Positions 39,300 through 50,592 of a stretch of 64,000 nucleotides of DNA are shown in pieces. The notes under the pieces are model-generated. The model did no database searches, had not been told where the DNA came from, and was given only the letters and a program-made list of their open reading frames with translations. Source of the DNA: Rhizophagus irregularis (lineage: Eukaryota); contig NC_089429.1 of NCBI RefSeq assembly GCF_026210795.1, positions 6,386,001-6,450,000 of the forward strand. Direction: 5' to 3'. Each line of letters opens with the position of its first letter. Within the stretch, counting starts at the first letter, position 1. The translations under genes were made by a program, and so were the position numbers.

Positions 39300-40326
39300 C
39301 TTAAAGAAAAAGTAAACGTCCTGAAAATAATCAAATTATAAAAGTTTGGCGGAAAGAAGTAGTCTTTATGTAATTTCTTATTCATAATTAGTTGCTAAAA
39401 TAATTTGGTTAATAAATTAACTATACATTTCATATTTGATAAAGCAAGTTATTATGTCTAGAATTTGATGAGGAGAATAACGAATGAGGTAGAAGAACAA
39501 TACATATTACTAGGCAATATGATTAAAAAAAGGTTGCAACATTAAAAAATATACAATATTTAGCTCTTAGCAATGAATATGGTGAATTATATGAAAGTGT
39601 TGAGTTGTGTGAATGGAAACGCTACTCTTTTCCAGACCTTTAATATCTTGAAACAAAATGTTTACTAGTATTGCATGTTTAATAATTGAGAAATCCAGGA
39701 AGAACATTTTAGAAATTAATATACACTTTCCACTTGAATCTAAATATTATAAACCTGACAATAGAAAGTTAATTAAGGTGATATCAAGATATTGTCCAAA
39801 ATTAATAAAGTTATCTATGATGTTGACCATAAAAACTTGGAAACCCTATAAAAAATTTTATCCGTTATTCTGTAAAAACTCCGTAAAAATAAGCCTTTCA
39901 CGGATCCATTCACGGAAAATGTATATGATTCGATAATTTCCGTGATATAAGGTTTGTATTAATCCCGGAAATATGAGCCTTTTATGAAAAAAAGACGGAA
40001 TATAAAAAATGGATCAACTTTTTTTACAGGGAAGAATGACCAATATTTTTTCAATTGGAGAAATTATTTCTTACAGCAAATGTTAATATATTACCCAATG
40101 GGGATGAATTATTAAAAGTAATAAGCAAAGTGTCCACAAGAATTTAAATTTGGAGACAAATGGAATTTCTCATTGAAAGGGTTGGAGTCATTTTTTGAAA
40201 CTTGGAAATCTAAAAATACAGTAGACCACCAATTAAATTTATTCATGATTGGGATGAATTGATTTATTCGTGGACGTCGGATCATGATAAGATGGCGGAA
40301 AAGTATAAGAAAGTGTAATTAGGTAA
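39300..40326 (+). pseudogene. F-box/RNI-like LRR pseudogene (3' half) interrupted by a MITE
   Basis: LIKVISRYCPKLIKL before the insertion; LEKLFLTANVNILPNGDELLKVISK and KFGDKWNFSLKGLESFFETWK after it. Same tail as the intact paralogues. Confidence 0.8.
39844..40031. mobile_element. CACTA-type MITE
   Basis: CCCTATAAAAAA / TTTTTTACAGGG termini with internal TCCGT/ACGGA inverted motifs. Flanks AAA/AAG. Confidence 0.75.
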
Positions 40327-41152
40327 AATCGAACATTAAGTTTTATTATATATCAAATTTTATGTTGATAATTGTATACTAAAAATGCTTCTGCAAGCAG
40401 AAGTATAAATACGTTAATAAAATTTCTTCTCACCCAAATTTCTCTTATTTATATATTGTTTTCTAAGTTACTTATCATTCATGTTGTAAAATTACTGTGA
40501 AAGTTTTAACACAGCGCTATACAATTTGTAAACTGGGTGAATTATCTTTTATTTGATTTTGTCAGATCATTACTTAGGTAAACTATTATGATATAAAGAG
40601 TAATAATGAGGCTCAATTAATTTTTTTTTTCGTTTTGGATCTTTTTTAAATCGGACAATAAAAATGTAATTTATGCAAAATCATACCAATCACATGTTCT
40701 TTTTTTTCCTTCAGTTCTCCTATTATAAAGCTTACGTATTCCATTTACGATTTAAAATCAAGACTTAATTTTATTTTTCTAACGTGACGCACTAGGACAT
40801 TGATCACGCGACTGATATGATTTCTGATCATTTCACAGACATTTTGAATGCACGCCACTAAGATGAATCATATATAAGTACCGTTATGAGACTTTGTAAA
40901 AACAGTTAAGTTGAATTGATTTTTATTCAAATAAATAACGAAATCCTCATTCTCTTTTTTACATATTATAATAGTTGTGATTAAATTTAATAAAGCTTAA
41001 GTTCTATTTAATCCATATTAATTATAATAAAACCGGATTAAATTAATATAGTTGTCGGAACAACCGATTTTTAACACCAAAATATTGTAAATAGAGGAAC
41101 ATCAGATTAGAAATATGTGGAAGTTTTTTCATGTAAAAATTTGTTTATATAT

Positions 41153-41351
41153 ATGTTATGTGTCGGATGCCGATTTGCGTCTGACGACTCTGACGTGCGT
41201 CAGCAGCAGATGACGCCGGTCTACATTATCGGCCCGATATTGCCTGATATTATAATGCCTTAAGTGTGTTGGCCAGAATTACTAAGCCAGTCTTCATCTG
41301 ATGCACGTCAGGACGTCAGGTCGTCAGGTGTCCACATCTGACGCACAACAT
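41153..41351. mobile_element. MITE with TGTTGTGCG-type termini, copy B (inverted relative to copy A)
   Basis: ATGTTATGTGTCGGATG...CATCTGACGCACAACAT. Core CTACATTATCGGC...ATTATAATGCCTTAAG is the reverse complement of the copy A core. Confidence 0.75.
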
Positions 41352-42313
41352 TATATATTTAAACAAGCTTCAAATTACCTGAAAATGATAATGTTGAATA
41401 AAAAAAGCAAATATTTGATCTCTTAAAATAGTAAAATTTCTATTTTTCTTTATTCAATTTATTAAAATATGCAGTTTGAAAATATTCCATGGAAACATGA
41501 ATTTCTTTAACATCCTGCATAAATAACAACTTGACATCACATTTATATATCAGCATTTATATATATCAGTAAGTTTTTCATAATCATATCAAAATTATAG
41601 ATTCCATCTAATTCCATAATTTATTCGTCCATTTTTAATAGTTTGATGATTAAAACTTGGCCTTAATTCTTTGTTACAATATATCCTCATATTCTCTGAA
41701 TTTTTCTGTAATATGAAATCTAAAAGGGTATTTAGTTTTTGTCATAAGCATGTTCATATTTTCAATACAGTACTATATAATACGACAGAACGTTGTCCTA
41801 CAAAATTTATTTCATTATATATCATTAAGAAAGAAAGTAGGGCACAATTAGATGAATTACATAGATAATTTAGAACATATTAAAAGATAAAATTTTATCC
41901 CAAAGTTTGAAAGACAAAGTTTGTTGGTTTCAGTCAAAAAACCTTCGTGAAATATTATAATTGATTTATAAATTCGCAATTTAAATATTTGACTCGTACT
42001 ATCAATAATCATAGGTACCATTGAAATAAACTGAAATTATTTGATCTCATACAACTTATAATATAGAGTGATAACATAAGTGATGTAATAGAAATTTGTT
42101 ACTATTAAAATTCGTATGTATATTAGTACGTAATCAACAAAATGACGCATTCCCGAAGCTCCGCTTATTGTAACACAAAATAAAATTTGTGATCGATGCA
42201 CAAAAAAATCATTGCCATTTTTGCATTAGATCAATTTCAAATGAATAAAAGGGGAACGTAATTCTTAACCATTTATTTATAAGAATTTTTTTTCCCCCTT
42301 TTTGAAAAATAAA

Positions 42314-43738
42314 ATGGAAAAATTAAATATTGATTGCCTTATTCTTATTTTTAAAGAATTATGGACAGATAAAAAATCATTATATTCCTGCCTTTTGGTT
42401 AATAGAGAGTGGTGTCACTTAGTTGTCCCTATTTTATGGAGAAAATATCCATACTTTTTCAGTTGTAAAAAATCAAAAGAAAAATTTTATAATATAATAC
42501 TTTCTTGTCTACCAACTTCTTCAAAACAACTTTTACTTGACAATGATATTAAGTTACCCTTAACGAATCTTCCAAAATCCCTAACATTTAATTATCTCAG
42601 CTTTTGTAAATATCTTAAAGTTGATATTGTAGATAATATTATAAATGTTGTATTTAAAAAAGAAATTTTTAATAAGGCAAAAAAAAGAAATCTTTTAGAA
42701 AAAGAAATTTACAAATTATTCATTAGTCAATGTAAAAATATTAAAGAATTAGAGTGGCAAACTTCTAAACCTCTACCATTATTTTCAGGAGCCCTAACAT
42801 GTTTCCCTCAACTCTATAATCTAAGTATTGATTTATATTCAGTAAATTCCAACAATCTTCGTGAGATGGCAGAGATTTGCAAAGATTTAAACAAATTATG
42901 TGTTTACAATTATTCTCAAAGTGTTCCCGGGTTGATTTCTTTAATTGATGCACAAAGAAATTTAAAAAGTTTTTCATTTAGTTCTCATATTAAGAAAGGA
43001 ATAACATGTGAAGAACTAAGTACAGCATTAACAAGAAAAGGTCGTACAATTAATAATCTTTTTTTACATGGTTCAATTGGGGTTATTTCACATTCATTTT
43101 TAACGTCACTTATCAATCTAAAAGATTTAACAATTTATCATGATTGTGAAAGTTATAAAGGAATTAAAGAATTCCAAAAATATTTAGCAAATTCAGAATT
43201 TCCAGATCTCAACTCACTTGGTATATATGATGATTTTTTATGTTTTAAGGAAATGGCAATGTTAATTGAAAAAACCAAAGGAAATATTTCATATTTCTCT
43301 GTTTATACATCTAATAAATCTGCTGAGGGTACAGGAATGTTAATTAATGCTATTTCTAATTTTTGTCCAAAGATAGAATACCTAACTACATATCTTGGTC
43401 CTAAAGATTTAATTTATGTAAAAGCATTATTAATGAATTGCAAAAATTTATTAAGTTTACATCTTAATAGTTTGAATGAGACTAGCGATATAGGAGATGA
43501 ATTATTAGATAATTTAACAAAATTTTCTCCAAAATCTTTAACTTATGTAACAATTAGTGGGGATTGGAAGTATTCTATTGATGCTTTTAAAAAATTTTTT
43601 GAAAGTTATAGGGAACGAAAATTACTTTGTTTTAATATCGATAATTATATTGGAGAACATTTTACAACAGAACATACAGATGTTGTTAAAAAATACTTTA
43701 ATGAAGAGATAATAGTAAATTCAAATCTTTTATTTTAA
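42314..43738 (+). CDS. F-box / RNI-like leucine-rich-repeat protein, 474 aa
   Basis: Open ORF from ATG 42314: MEKLNIDCLILIFKEL..SLYSCLLVNREWCHLVVPILW, TFNYLSFCKYL, LRR-like repeats (NFCPKIEYL), WKYSIDAFKKFFE tail. Confidence 0.9.
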   Translation: MEKLNIDCLILIFKELWTDKKSLYSCLLVNREWCHLVVPILWRKYPYFFSCKKSKEKFYNIILSCLPTSSKQLLLDNDIKLPLTNLPKSLTFNYLSFCKYLKVDIVDNIINVVFKKEIFNKAKKRNLLEKEIYKLFISQCKNIKELEWQTSKPLPLFSGALTCFPQLYNLSIDLYSVNSNNLREMAEICKDLNKLCVYNYSQSVPGLISLIDAQRNLKSFSFSSHIKKGITCEELSTALTRKGRTINNLFLHGSIGVISHSFLTSLINLKDLTIYHDCESYKGIKEFQKYLANSEFPDLNSLGIYDDFLCFKEMAMLIEKTKGNISYFSVYTSNKSAEGTGMLINAISNFCPKIEYLTTYLGPKDLIYVKALLMNCKNLLSLHLNSLNETSDIGDELLDNLTKFSPKSLTYVTISGDWKYSIDAFKKFFESYRERKLLCFNIDNYIGEHFTTEHTDVVKKYFNEEIIVNSNLLF

Positions 43739-44619
43739 TTATATATTCGTCCGGAAGTTATCTTATATGTAAGAGCTCGTGATCCTGTAAATTTACGTAG
43801 GTTTACAAAAAAATTTCCTGATGTTTATTAAGATAATTACATAATTACAAGTATTAGTTCAATGAAGCTTAAAAATCAAAATTAGCATAAGGTTTGCGAC
43901 TTAATAAGGATTATTATAGAAATTACTTGTATATTTTTAAAAAAATAAAATAAGAATCCCTTTCGCTGACATATAAATGTTTATAAAGAAATTTGCTCGT
44001 CTTGTAACAAATGAAGTGAAGTTATCGTAAAAGATAACATTTACGTTACATAAGCGTAAAGTGTAAACTTTTTTTCAAATTTTATTGAAATTATTCCTTA
44101 ATTCGGACATAATGGTGGATTCGACCTATGAAAATACGATGTAACGTCAATAGATAATACAAATTTTTTTTTTTCTTCTGTAAAAAATTTACGTCGAATA
44201 ATATTATTTTGATTATTATAAAAAAATTATCTGTAACTTAAACACATCCGGTACCCAATTAATTATATCAAAATATGCAAATTATTATAAATAAATTTAG
44301 AAATATTTAATTTCATTTCATATTTATTCTCATTATGAATGCATTGAAGCAAATATAATATTTGTTTCGCCATTGATATATATTGTATTCTCAAATGTTT
44401 TTTGCAATTATCAAAATATTTTCAAAAATTGGGAGAAAATATTATTTACTGTTGATTATGCTTTCTAAAAACACAGAATTCATTAAACCTTAACGGCTAA
44501 TAACAATATTATTCTTATATCAAAGTTAGAAATTGACACAACAAATACTCCTTCATTAGATTTTAATTTAAAGATTCGTACTAGGAAATTTTTTTCATGG
44601 TCAACTGCAAAAATAATCG

Positions 44620-45173
44620 TAGTGTTTCAATCCGTTTATCCGCAATCCGTATCCGTGGACGAATATCCGCTATTTACGGTTATATCACTAACGGATCCTA
44701 GTGGATCGTAACGGATTTGTATCACTAACGGATTATATATTATAATGAAAAAAATTTTTTTTTATTATCAGCTTTCTAATTCGTTAGATCCTTTGGTTCT
44801 TCGACCACCTGGACTTTGGAGACAATAGTTAGGTTAACTTTTTTATTTCTTTTCTTCGTTACTTTTTTTTTGTTTCTTTTCACTAATTTCATTTTTCTTC
44901 TTTTAAGTCCTTCATTTTATTATAAAGAATGGTTATCTATGTCTAATACAATTATAGCTATTAAACAAAAGAAACTATCTGGTAAAAAGAACTAGAAACT
45001 CATCCCGACGCAGGACCTCACCCTTCGGGTAGCACCATTTTAACAGTAAATCTACCCTACTGAGAAAATTCGGCCCGCGTTTCCACAGTTACATGGGTAG
45101 CGTAAATAGGTGTTGCGTTCTAACCAACTGAACTAACCGGGCGATAACGGATTATCCGCGGATTGAAACACTA
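44620..45173. mobile_element. Non-autonomous TIR element (hAT-like termini)
   Basis: Perfect 15-bp TIR TAGTGTTTCAATCCG / CGGATTGAAACACTA with clustered ATCCG/ACGGAT subterminal motifs. No clear TSD. Confidence 0.7.
45003..45142 (-). pseudogene. tRNA-derived sequence (Asn-GTT-like), interrupted and lacking a T-loop
   Basis: GCCCGGT-TA-GTTC-AGTTGGTTA-GAAC-G gives a perfect D arm and A-box. CT-GTT-AA loop at 45046-45040, GTG-AGGTC-CTGCG-T variable/T-stem start, then CGGG. TTCG/B-box missing. Confidence 0.6.
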
Positions 45174-45424
45174 ATAGCACAGCCTCACGAAAAATCACGT
45201 GACTAACTTTCTGGTCAACTCATTTTTACTATTGGGTTAACAAAATTTTATTTTTGATGTATTTTTTGTCACGTAATCAATTTCTTTTAAGCAATTTCGT
45301 GATATTATAAATTATATGCAAGTCAATCTCACATAGTATATCTGTTAAAAGTATAGTACTTATATGCCAAAATAACCTAATGTATTAAAAATGCTTCATA
45401 TTTTAAGAAATGTCATTATTAACA

Positions 45425-45534
45425 TCCTATAAAAAATTTTCTGGGAAAAATTCTGATAAATGATCATTTTTTTAGTTTTCATTACAAAAAACTCCGATAG
45501 TATGTGATCAATTTTCTAAAAAAATTTTATAGGG
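45425..45534. mobile_element. CACTA-type MITE
   Basis: TCCTATAAAAAA...TTTTATAGGG with an exact 3-bp TSD ACA (45422-45424 / 45535-45537). Confidence 0.75.
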
Positions 45535-47206
45535 ACAAGTTAGACACCATAACAGGGAGTTCCAAACAGTCCCATGAACGAAAAAGAAAAACGCTGTGCT
45601 AATCCTCAGATTATCCTATCGTTCAGCGGTGTAGAACTAGTGCCCGTCATAAAGACGTTTTGCCACCACTAGCTACAAAAATATATTTATTATTAAAATC
45701 GATAAAAATTATAAAATTAGTAAAATGATAAATTCAAAAAAGACGATATTTCTAATTAATAATATTAAAACCAATTAAAATAATAATTTCTAAAAGATGT
45801 CATATCTGCATTTCGTCACGATTATGTAGATCATTTCAAGGTACTAATCTCGTAATTAAATCAAATAACCCGATCCTCTAATCTTAACAAAAAAAATCTT
45901 AACGTCATTACGGACGCAGTACATTTCAACCACTATACACTTAAACTAAATATAATACTGCGCCCCAAAATTAATAATTTCACTAGATAATTTCGGCCCT
46001 TACAGCGGGAATCCCGTTTAAAAATTAATCCGGCGTATCGAGTTCTGACTTGTATTTCTTTAATTCTAATGCGAAATTTTTATTTTATTTTAATTTTTGT
46101 ATTCATGACTTAAAATTTAATAAATCTTGAATGATTTATTTATTTATTTATTTATTTTTTAAAATAAAAAATTATAATTATCTAATTTCATCATATAATT
46201 GAAAAAATGATCATTTTCAGTTAAAAATTGAAGTTCTCTATATAATATGAACCAATCACTATTAATAATTTAATCTAAATGATAAATTTCAATTAATCAT
46301 ATAGGCGTTTTTTAACAAACAGATTGGATGAATAACTGAACAATCATCATAAATTCACTATTTGTAATTTGAAATAAATTCTTCGCCCAATTACGATAAT
46401 TGCCATCTATATTTAAATATTCCATTTAACTAAGAAAACTATTCCAATTTACACGTAAATCATTTGTACTAAACACGGCGTTATATAATTCTTGCTTCAT
46501 TGCCTCTATCTTAACTTGGTAATCCTCCGATTCATCTTTGGATTCAAATACGAAACTAACCTTAATATTCTTTTACAAAATTAATGTTTCAAACATTTAA
46601 TAATGTTGACTTAACTTGTCAAAATAAATTTTTTGTAGACGTCGTGGGATAAATCGAGTTGGTAAAGTGTAAATAATGTGAATTACGTTTTGTGATTTGA
46701 CATGACTGTTTTTTTGAACAGATGAACAGATGATCAAGATTGTAAATAATTCGTGTGGAATTTGCCCAACGTTCTGAGTTGCCACGAAAAATAATTAAAG
46801 TTAAATAATAAATTTTTGTCTTTTTATTTCACTTCACTCCCAAACCGCTAAAACCAGTCATCCATGTAATACCAAAACAGTAACCCTCGAAAGGAGATAC
46901 GAGCCGAAGCCCATGTAAAGTTGAGGTATTAGCTTCTCAAATGTGGCCAGCAAATGAGCAGGACACGGGTGACATCGATCCTGGTAAAAGATCCACCATC
47001 TATTTAAAAGAAAACTAAAAATTATGGGATTGGAACAGGCTGGTAAATCATCGGAAAATTGCTGTAAGTCTTTTCTATAAATGTTGAATAATCTGATAAC
47101 CTGATTAACTATTTAGAAATTACGGCACGAAAAATAATTACATATAAAAATCCACCCTTTTTATTCATTAGACTTTACATTATATATAAATTATAAAAAT
47201 ACAAAT

Positions 47207-47760
47207 ATACTCTATTTTAAAGGTGGAAAACAAAAGTGCGGAGAAACAACACATATAAATTCTAAAAATATGAATATACCTACTTTAAAGATGGAAAACA
47301 AAAAGGTGCGGAGAAAAAAACCCACAAGTTATCAGATTAAGAATACCTGGCACATGATGTTTTATGTGAATTGGTTTTACCTAGTTGTAACTTTTATGGT
47401 TAAAAAATGTACCGTAGCATGTTTCTTCATATTCGCCTGATGCACGTCTGAAATTGGCTCAGTTTACGTGGTCGTATTCTTTTTTTTTATTTTATTTTTT
47501 CGTTTTAGGAACATTGTTATTCTTTATTTTATTAGAAACAGCCTCTTGAACTTTAATGGGCGAAATAGAGGTATTTATTTTTATTTTTTACATTTTATTT
47601 TTGTTTTAGGAACGTTACTAACGTTACTAACTGAACGTTCCTTTTTCCTTATTTTTTTTTTAGGAACAGCCTCTTAAACTTTGAAATTGGGCGAAATGAA
47701 GGTATTTCTTTATTTTTTTACATTATATTTTTGTTTTAGAAACATTACTAATTATTTTTT
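47207..47760. repeat. Two pairs of local duplications
   Basis: TTTAAAG.TGGAAAACAAAA..GTGCGGAGAAA twice (~47216, ~47284). AACAGCCTCTT.AACTTT...GGGCGAAAT..AGGTATTT...TTTTACATT.TATTTTTGTTTTAG twice (~47537, ~47665). Confidence 0.7.
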
Positions 47761-48131
47761 CTCTAGATCGTAATTTGTTCTTTAGTTTAAAAATTTATAT
47801 CAATTAGTAATAGATATATATTTCTCTTAAACTTGTGTGATTTGTTAGCAATCTCATTAATTTGAAAATAATTTGCAGTAATATATTTTAAATTACGACA
47901 AATAATTCTATTTAAAATATAAAGTATTATAAAACAATTTATTTCAATCTAAAATTTCTATTAAAATCCTCATTTTTTAAGCAAAATTTACAATATATCA
48001 ATCAATTTTTATTAAAATTTCGTATAATTTCAAAGAGCAACTTTTACATATACCATAAAAGATGGGTTGATTAATAAAAAAAAAGGTTTATATAGAAGTA
48101 CAATTGTTGTAGGTGATCGGACACTTTTTTC

Positions 48132-48728
48132 GGGTTACGGTACATTTCGCCGAAACCCATTTCGCCAAAGCCATTTCACCGAAGGGACGTTTCGCCAAAA
48201 GTGCATTTTATCGAATCCAAATGGACATTTCTCCGAAAATGGTAGCGATTAAAATTTTAATAAAAAATATTCGTCGCGCAATAAAAATAAAATAAAATTA
48301 TTTTTAGATTTTTTTTTTTTCGGGATAATATCACTTTAGCATTCAAGTAACTGCTGATATTAATTGTTAAGAAATAAATACATTTATTCACGAAAAGTAA
48401 GTAAAAAAAGACTATAAATATATTATAAACAACGAGATAAATTTAATAAAAATCAGCTAATTCAAAATTTTTCTAGAAAACATTTCTTTATGTATTTAAT
48501 ATAAAAACAATAAACTAACCAAATGGAATAAATAATTTTTCGGCGAATGTTCATTCGATAAAATGGATTCGGCGAAATGGAATTCGATGAAATGGGGTTT
48601 CGGTAAAATGGTATTTCGGCGAACGTCCTTTCGGCGAAATATCCTTTCGGTGAAATATCCCTTTGGAGAAATGGCTTCGGCGAAATTGGTTTCGGTGAAA
48701 TGGACTTCGGAGAAAAGTCCGGATACCC
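48132..48728. mobile_element. TIR element with arrays of ~15-bp subterminal repeats
   Basis: GGGT.. / ..ACCC ends. Tandem CATTTCGCCGAA units at left and inverted TTCGGCGAAATG units at right. TTTTC flanks both sides (48127-48131, 48729-48733). Confidence 0.75.
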
Positions 48729-49064
48729 TTTTCCGAGCACTGTATATATAGTATTAACCTTACGAAAAGTAATATCTATAAGGGAGAGCCATTGCTGCCT
48801 CCCTCCGCTTATAGCGATAAAAAGAGAGTCTTCAGTAGTAAGGCTTAATATAGTCATAAAAAAATAAACGGTATTAACTGAATAAAAAAAATTGTAATAT
48901 TTTATGATACATACTAATGAAAACTTAAATATATGAAAAAAATTTAATATTTATTCATTAATTAATTTGCCCATACATGTAATGTAATAGCTAAAATGAA
49001 ATGAAGAAATAGAATCTATAATTTATAAAAAACTGTACTTTTTAAAATTTAAAAAAAAAAACTA

Positions 49065-50181
49065 TCAAAATTTAAAAAAGATCTTATATAAAGTTCTAAT
49101 TCTCAAAAATTCAGTATAAATTTCTAATAAAGTTATATTGAAATTTTCATAATCTTCTAAATTTGCCGAAATTTCTTTAAATTCTTGAGATCGATAAACC
49201 TCCTCAAAATTTATTGCCATAAAATTTAAAACTGGTTTTTTTAAGTCATTATAGTTTGGGACTAAATTAAACATAATTTTTGATACATTTGAGATTGTTA
49301 ATTCGTCTAAAATCCTAGTTTTTGCTCGTTCTCGAAGATCTAATAAAACATATTGATCCGCTAAACGAAATAATTCTATAGCGATAGAATCATCATTATC
49401 TTCATTAGTCCATTGAATTTGATTTGTGTAAAAGTATTTGAGCATGGCAGAAATTGTAATTGGGCTATATGTTGAAATTTGAATCCGATGTTTTATTTGA
49501 CATGTCGAATTATTAAGTGTTGATTCGAACCAATGACCTGATAACATTTTCTCAAAATATTCGGATCTTTTGGAAAGTATTGAACTACATGCATAGAATT
49601 TTTCACCTTGTACATCAAATTCTACGTCAGCCGATTGAAAATTAAATAAATGTTCTTTCCATGCGTCTATAAGATCCTTTGGAATAGGTTCAGGATAATA
49701 TGTTTTGCTTTGATTATATTCAATGTTATCAAAATTAGCTCCAATTATCAATTCTCCATTTTCAAGTGAAGATTTTCTAATTGCATAACGATATCCAGGA
49801 TCTATATTAAAAAAGACATAAATTTAACGATTAGAAAAAGAAAACTAAGTGTGAAAAGAAACACCAAATATTACCATTATCAATAGGGGTACCAGGAGGT
49901 ATAGCAAAGCTTTTACTATAAAGTTCAATGATTTGATTATCATTTCTAATTTCTTTTGCGAATAAATTGAAAGTTAATTTTGAACGTTCTCCCCAAATAA
50001 TTTCATCTTGATTTGCAACTGGCTGTAAATAAAGTCCATAATAGTCATCGTCTTCAAGAAGTATAAATATTCGCCAAAACATATTATTTGTACCAAAAAT
50101 AGGACTATAATAATCTTCTTCTATTTCAAGCGATTTAGGTAAATTTACTTGATAAGTTAATTTTGGAGTTATTTGAGACAT
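49065..50181 (-). CDS. MATH-like + BTB/POZ protein (SPOP-like Cullin-3 adaptor), 347 aa, 2 exons (50181-49875, 49801-49065)
   Basis: A phase-1 GT-AG intron (49874-49802, 73 nt) joins the two ORF-track pieces in frame. YYSPIF..MFWRI..YYGLYL is MATH-like; ADVEFDVQGEKFYACSSILSKRSEYFEKML..MLKYFYT..LFRLADQY is BTB. Confidence 0.9.
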
Positions 50182-50521
50182 TTTTTTTTCTTTGGTATTT
50201 TTGGATTAATCCAAAAAGGCTCTTTATAACAAACATTTTGTGAAGGCTTGTCAATAGAAAAGCAATTTACTAATTTATTCCGTGTTTTATCGCTCCATGT
50301 TACTTCCGTAAATATCATATTCCCGGAATTTATAGCCTCAAAGCATGAAATTATCCAAGTTCAGTTGCTTGGTATTCACGGAGATTTTACGTGAATTACT
50401 GAATTACGGATAAAATTTGAACATTAGCCCTGTTCAAAAATCCAAGCTCATATTGCATATATATTCAATTTCGAAACATTCGGATCAATTTTTTTAATCA
50501 ATTTGAACAGGATTATTGCTA

Positions 50522-50592
50522 AATATCAACCTGCTGGTGATTGTCATCTCACCAGAATTAGGATAGAATTTTGGGCAGAATTAAAAATGTCA
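50522..50592 (+). repeat. ~70-bp dispersed repeat shared with 22805-22875
   Basis: Near-identical to the 22805 copy. Confidence 0.8.

Noticed and set aside
45003..45142. Functional tRNA gene
   Set aside because: T-loop/B-box and the 3' T-stem are missing; reported only as tRNA-derived.
46270..47010. Exon-like minus-strand segments (VSFVFESKDESEDYQVKIEAMKQELYNAVF..)
   Set aside because: In-frame stops, no recognisable family, and no consistent splice model could be built.
48067..48857. ORFs with SPKP/FAE-type repeats
   Set aside because: Translations of the 15-bp subterminal repeats of a TIR element, open in several frames on both strands.
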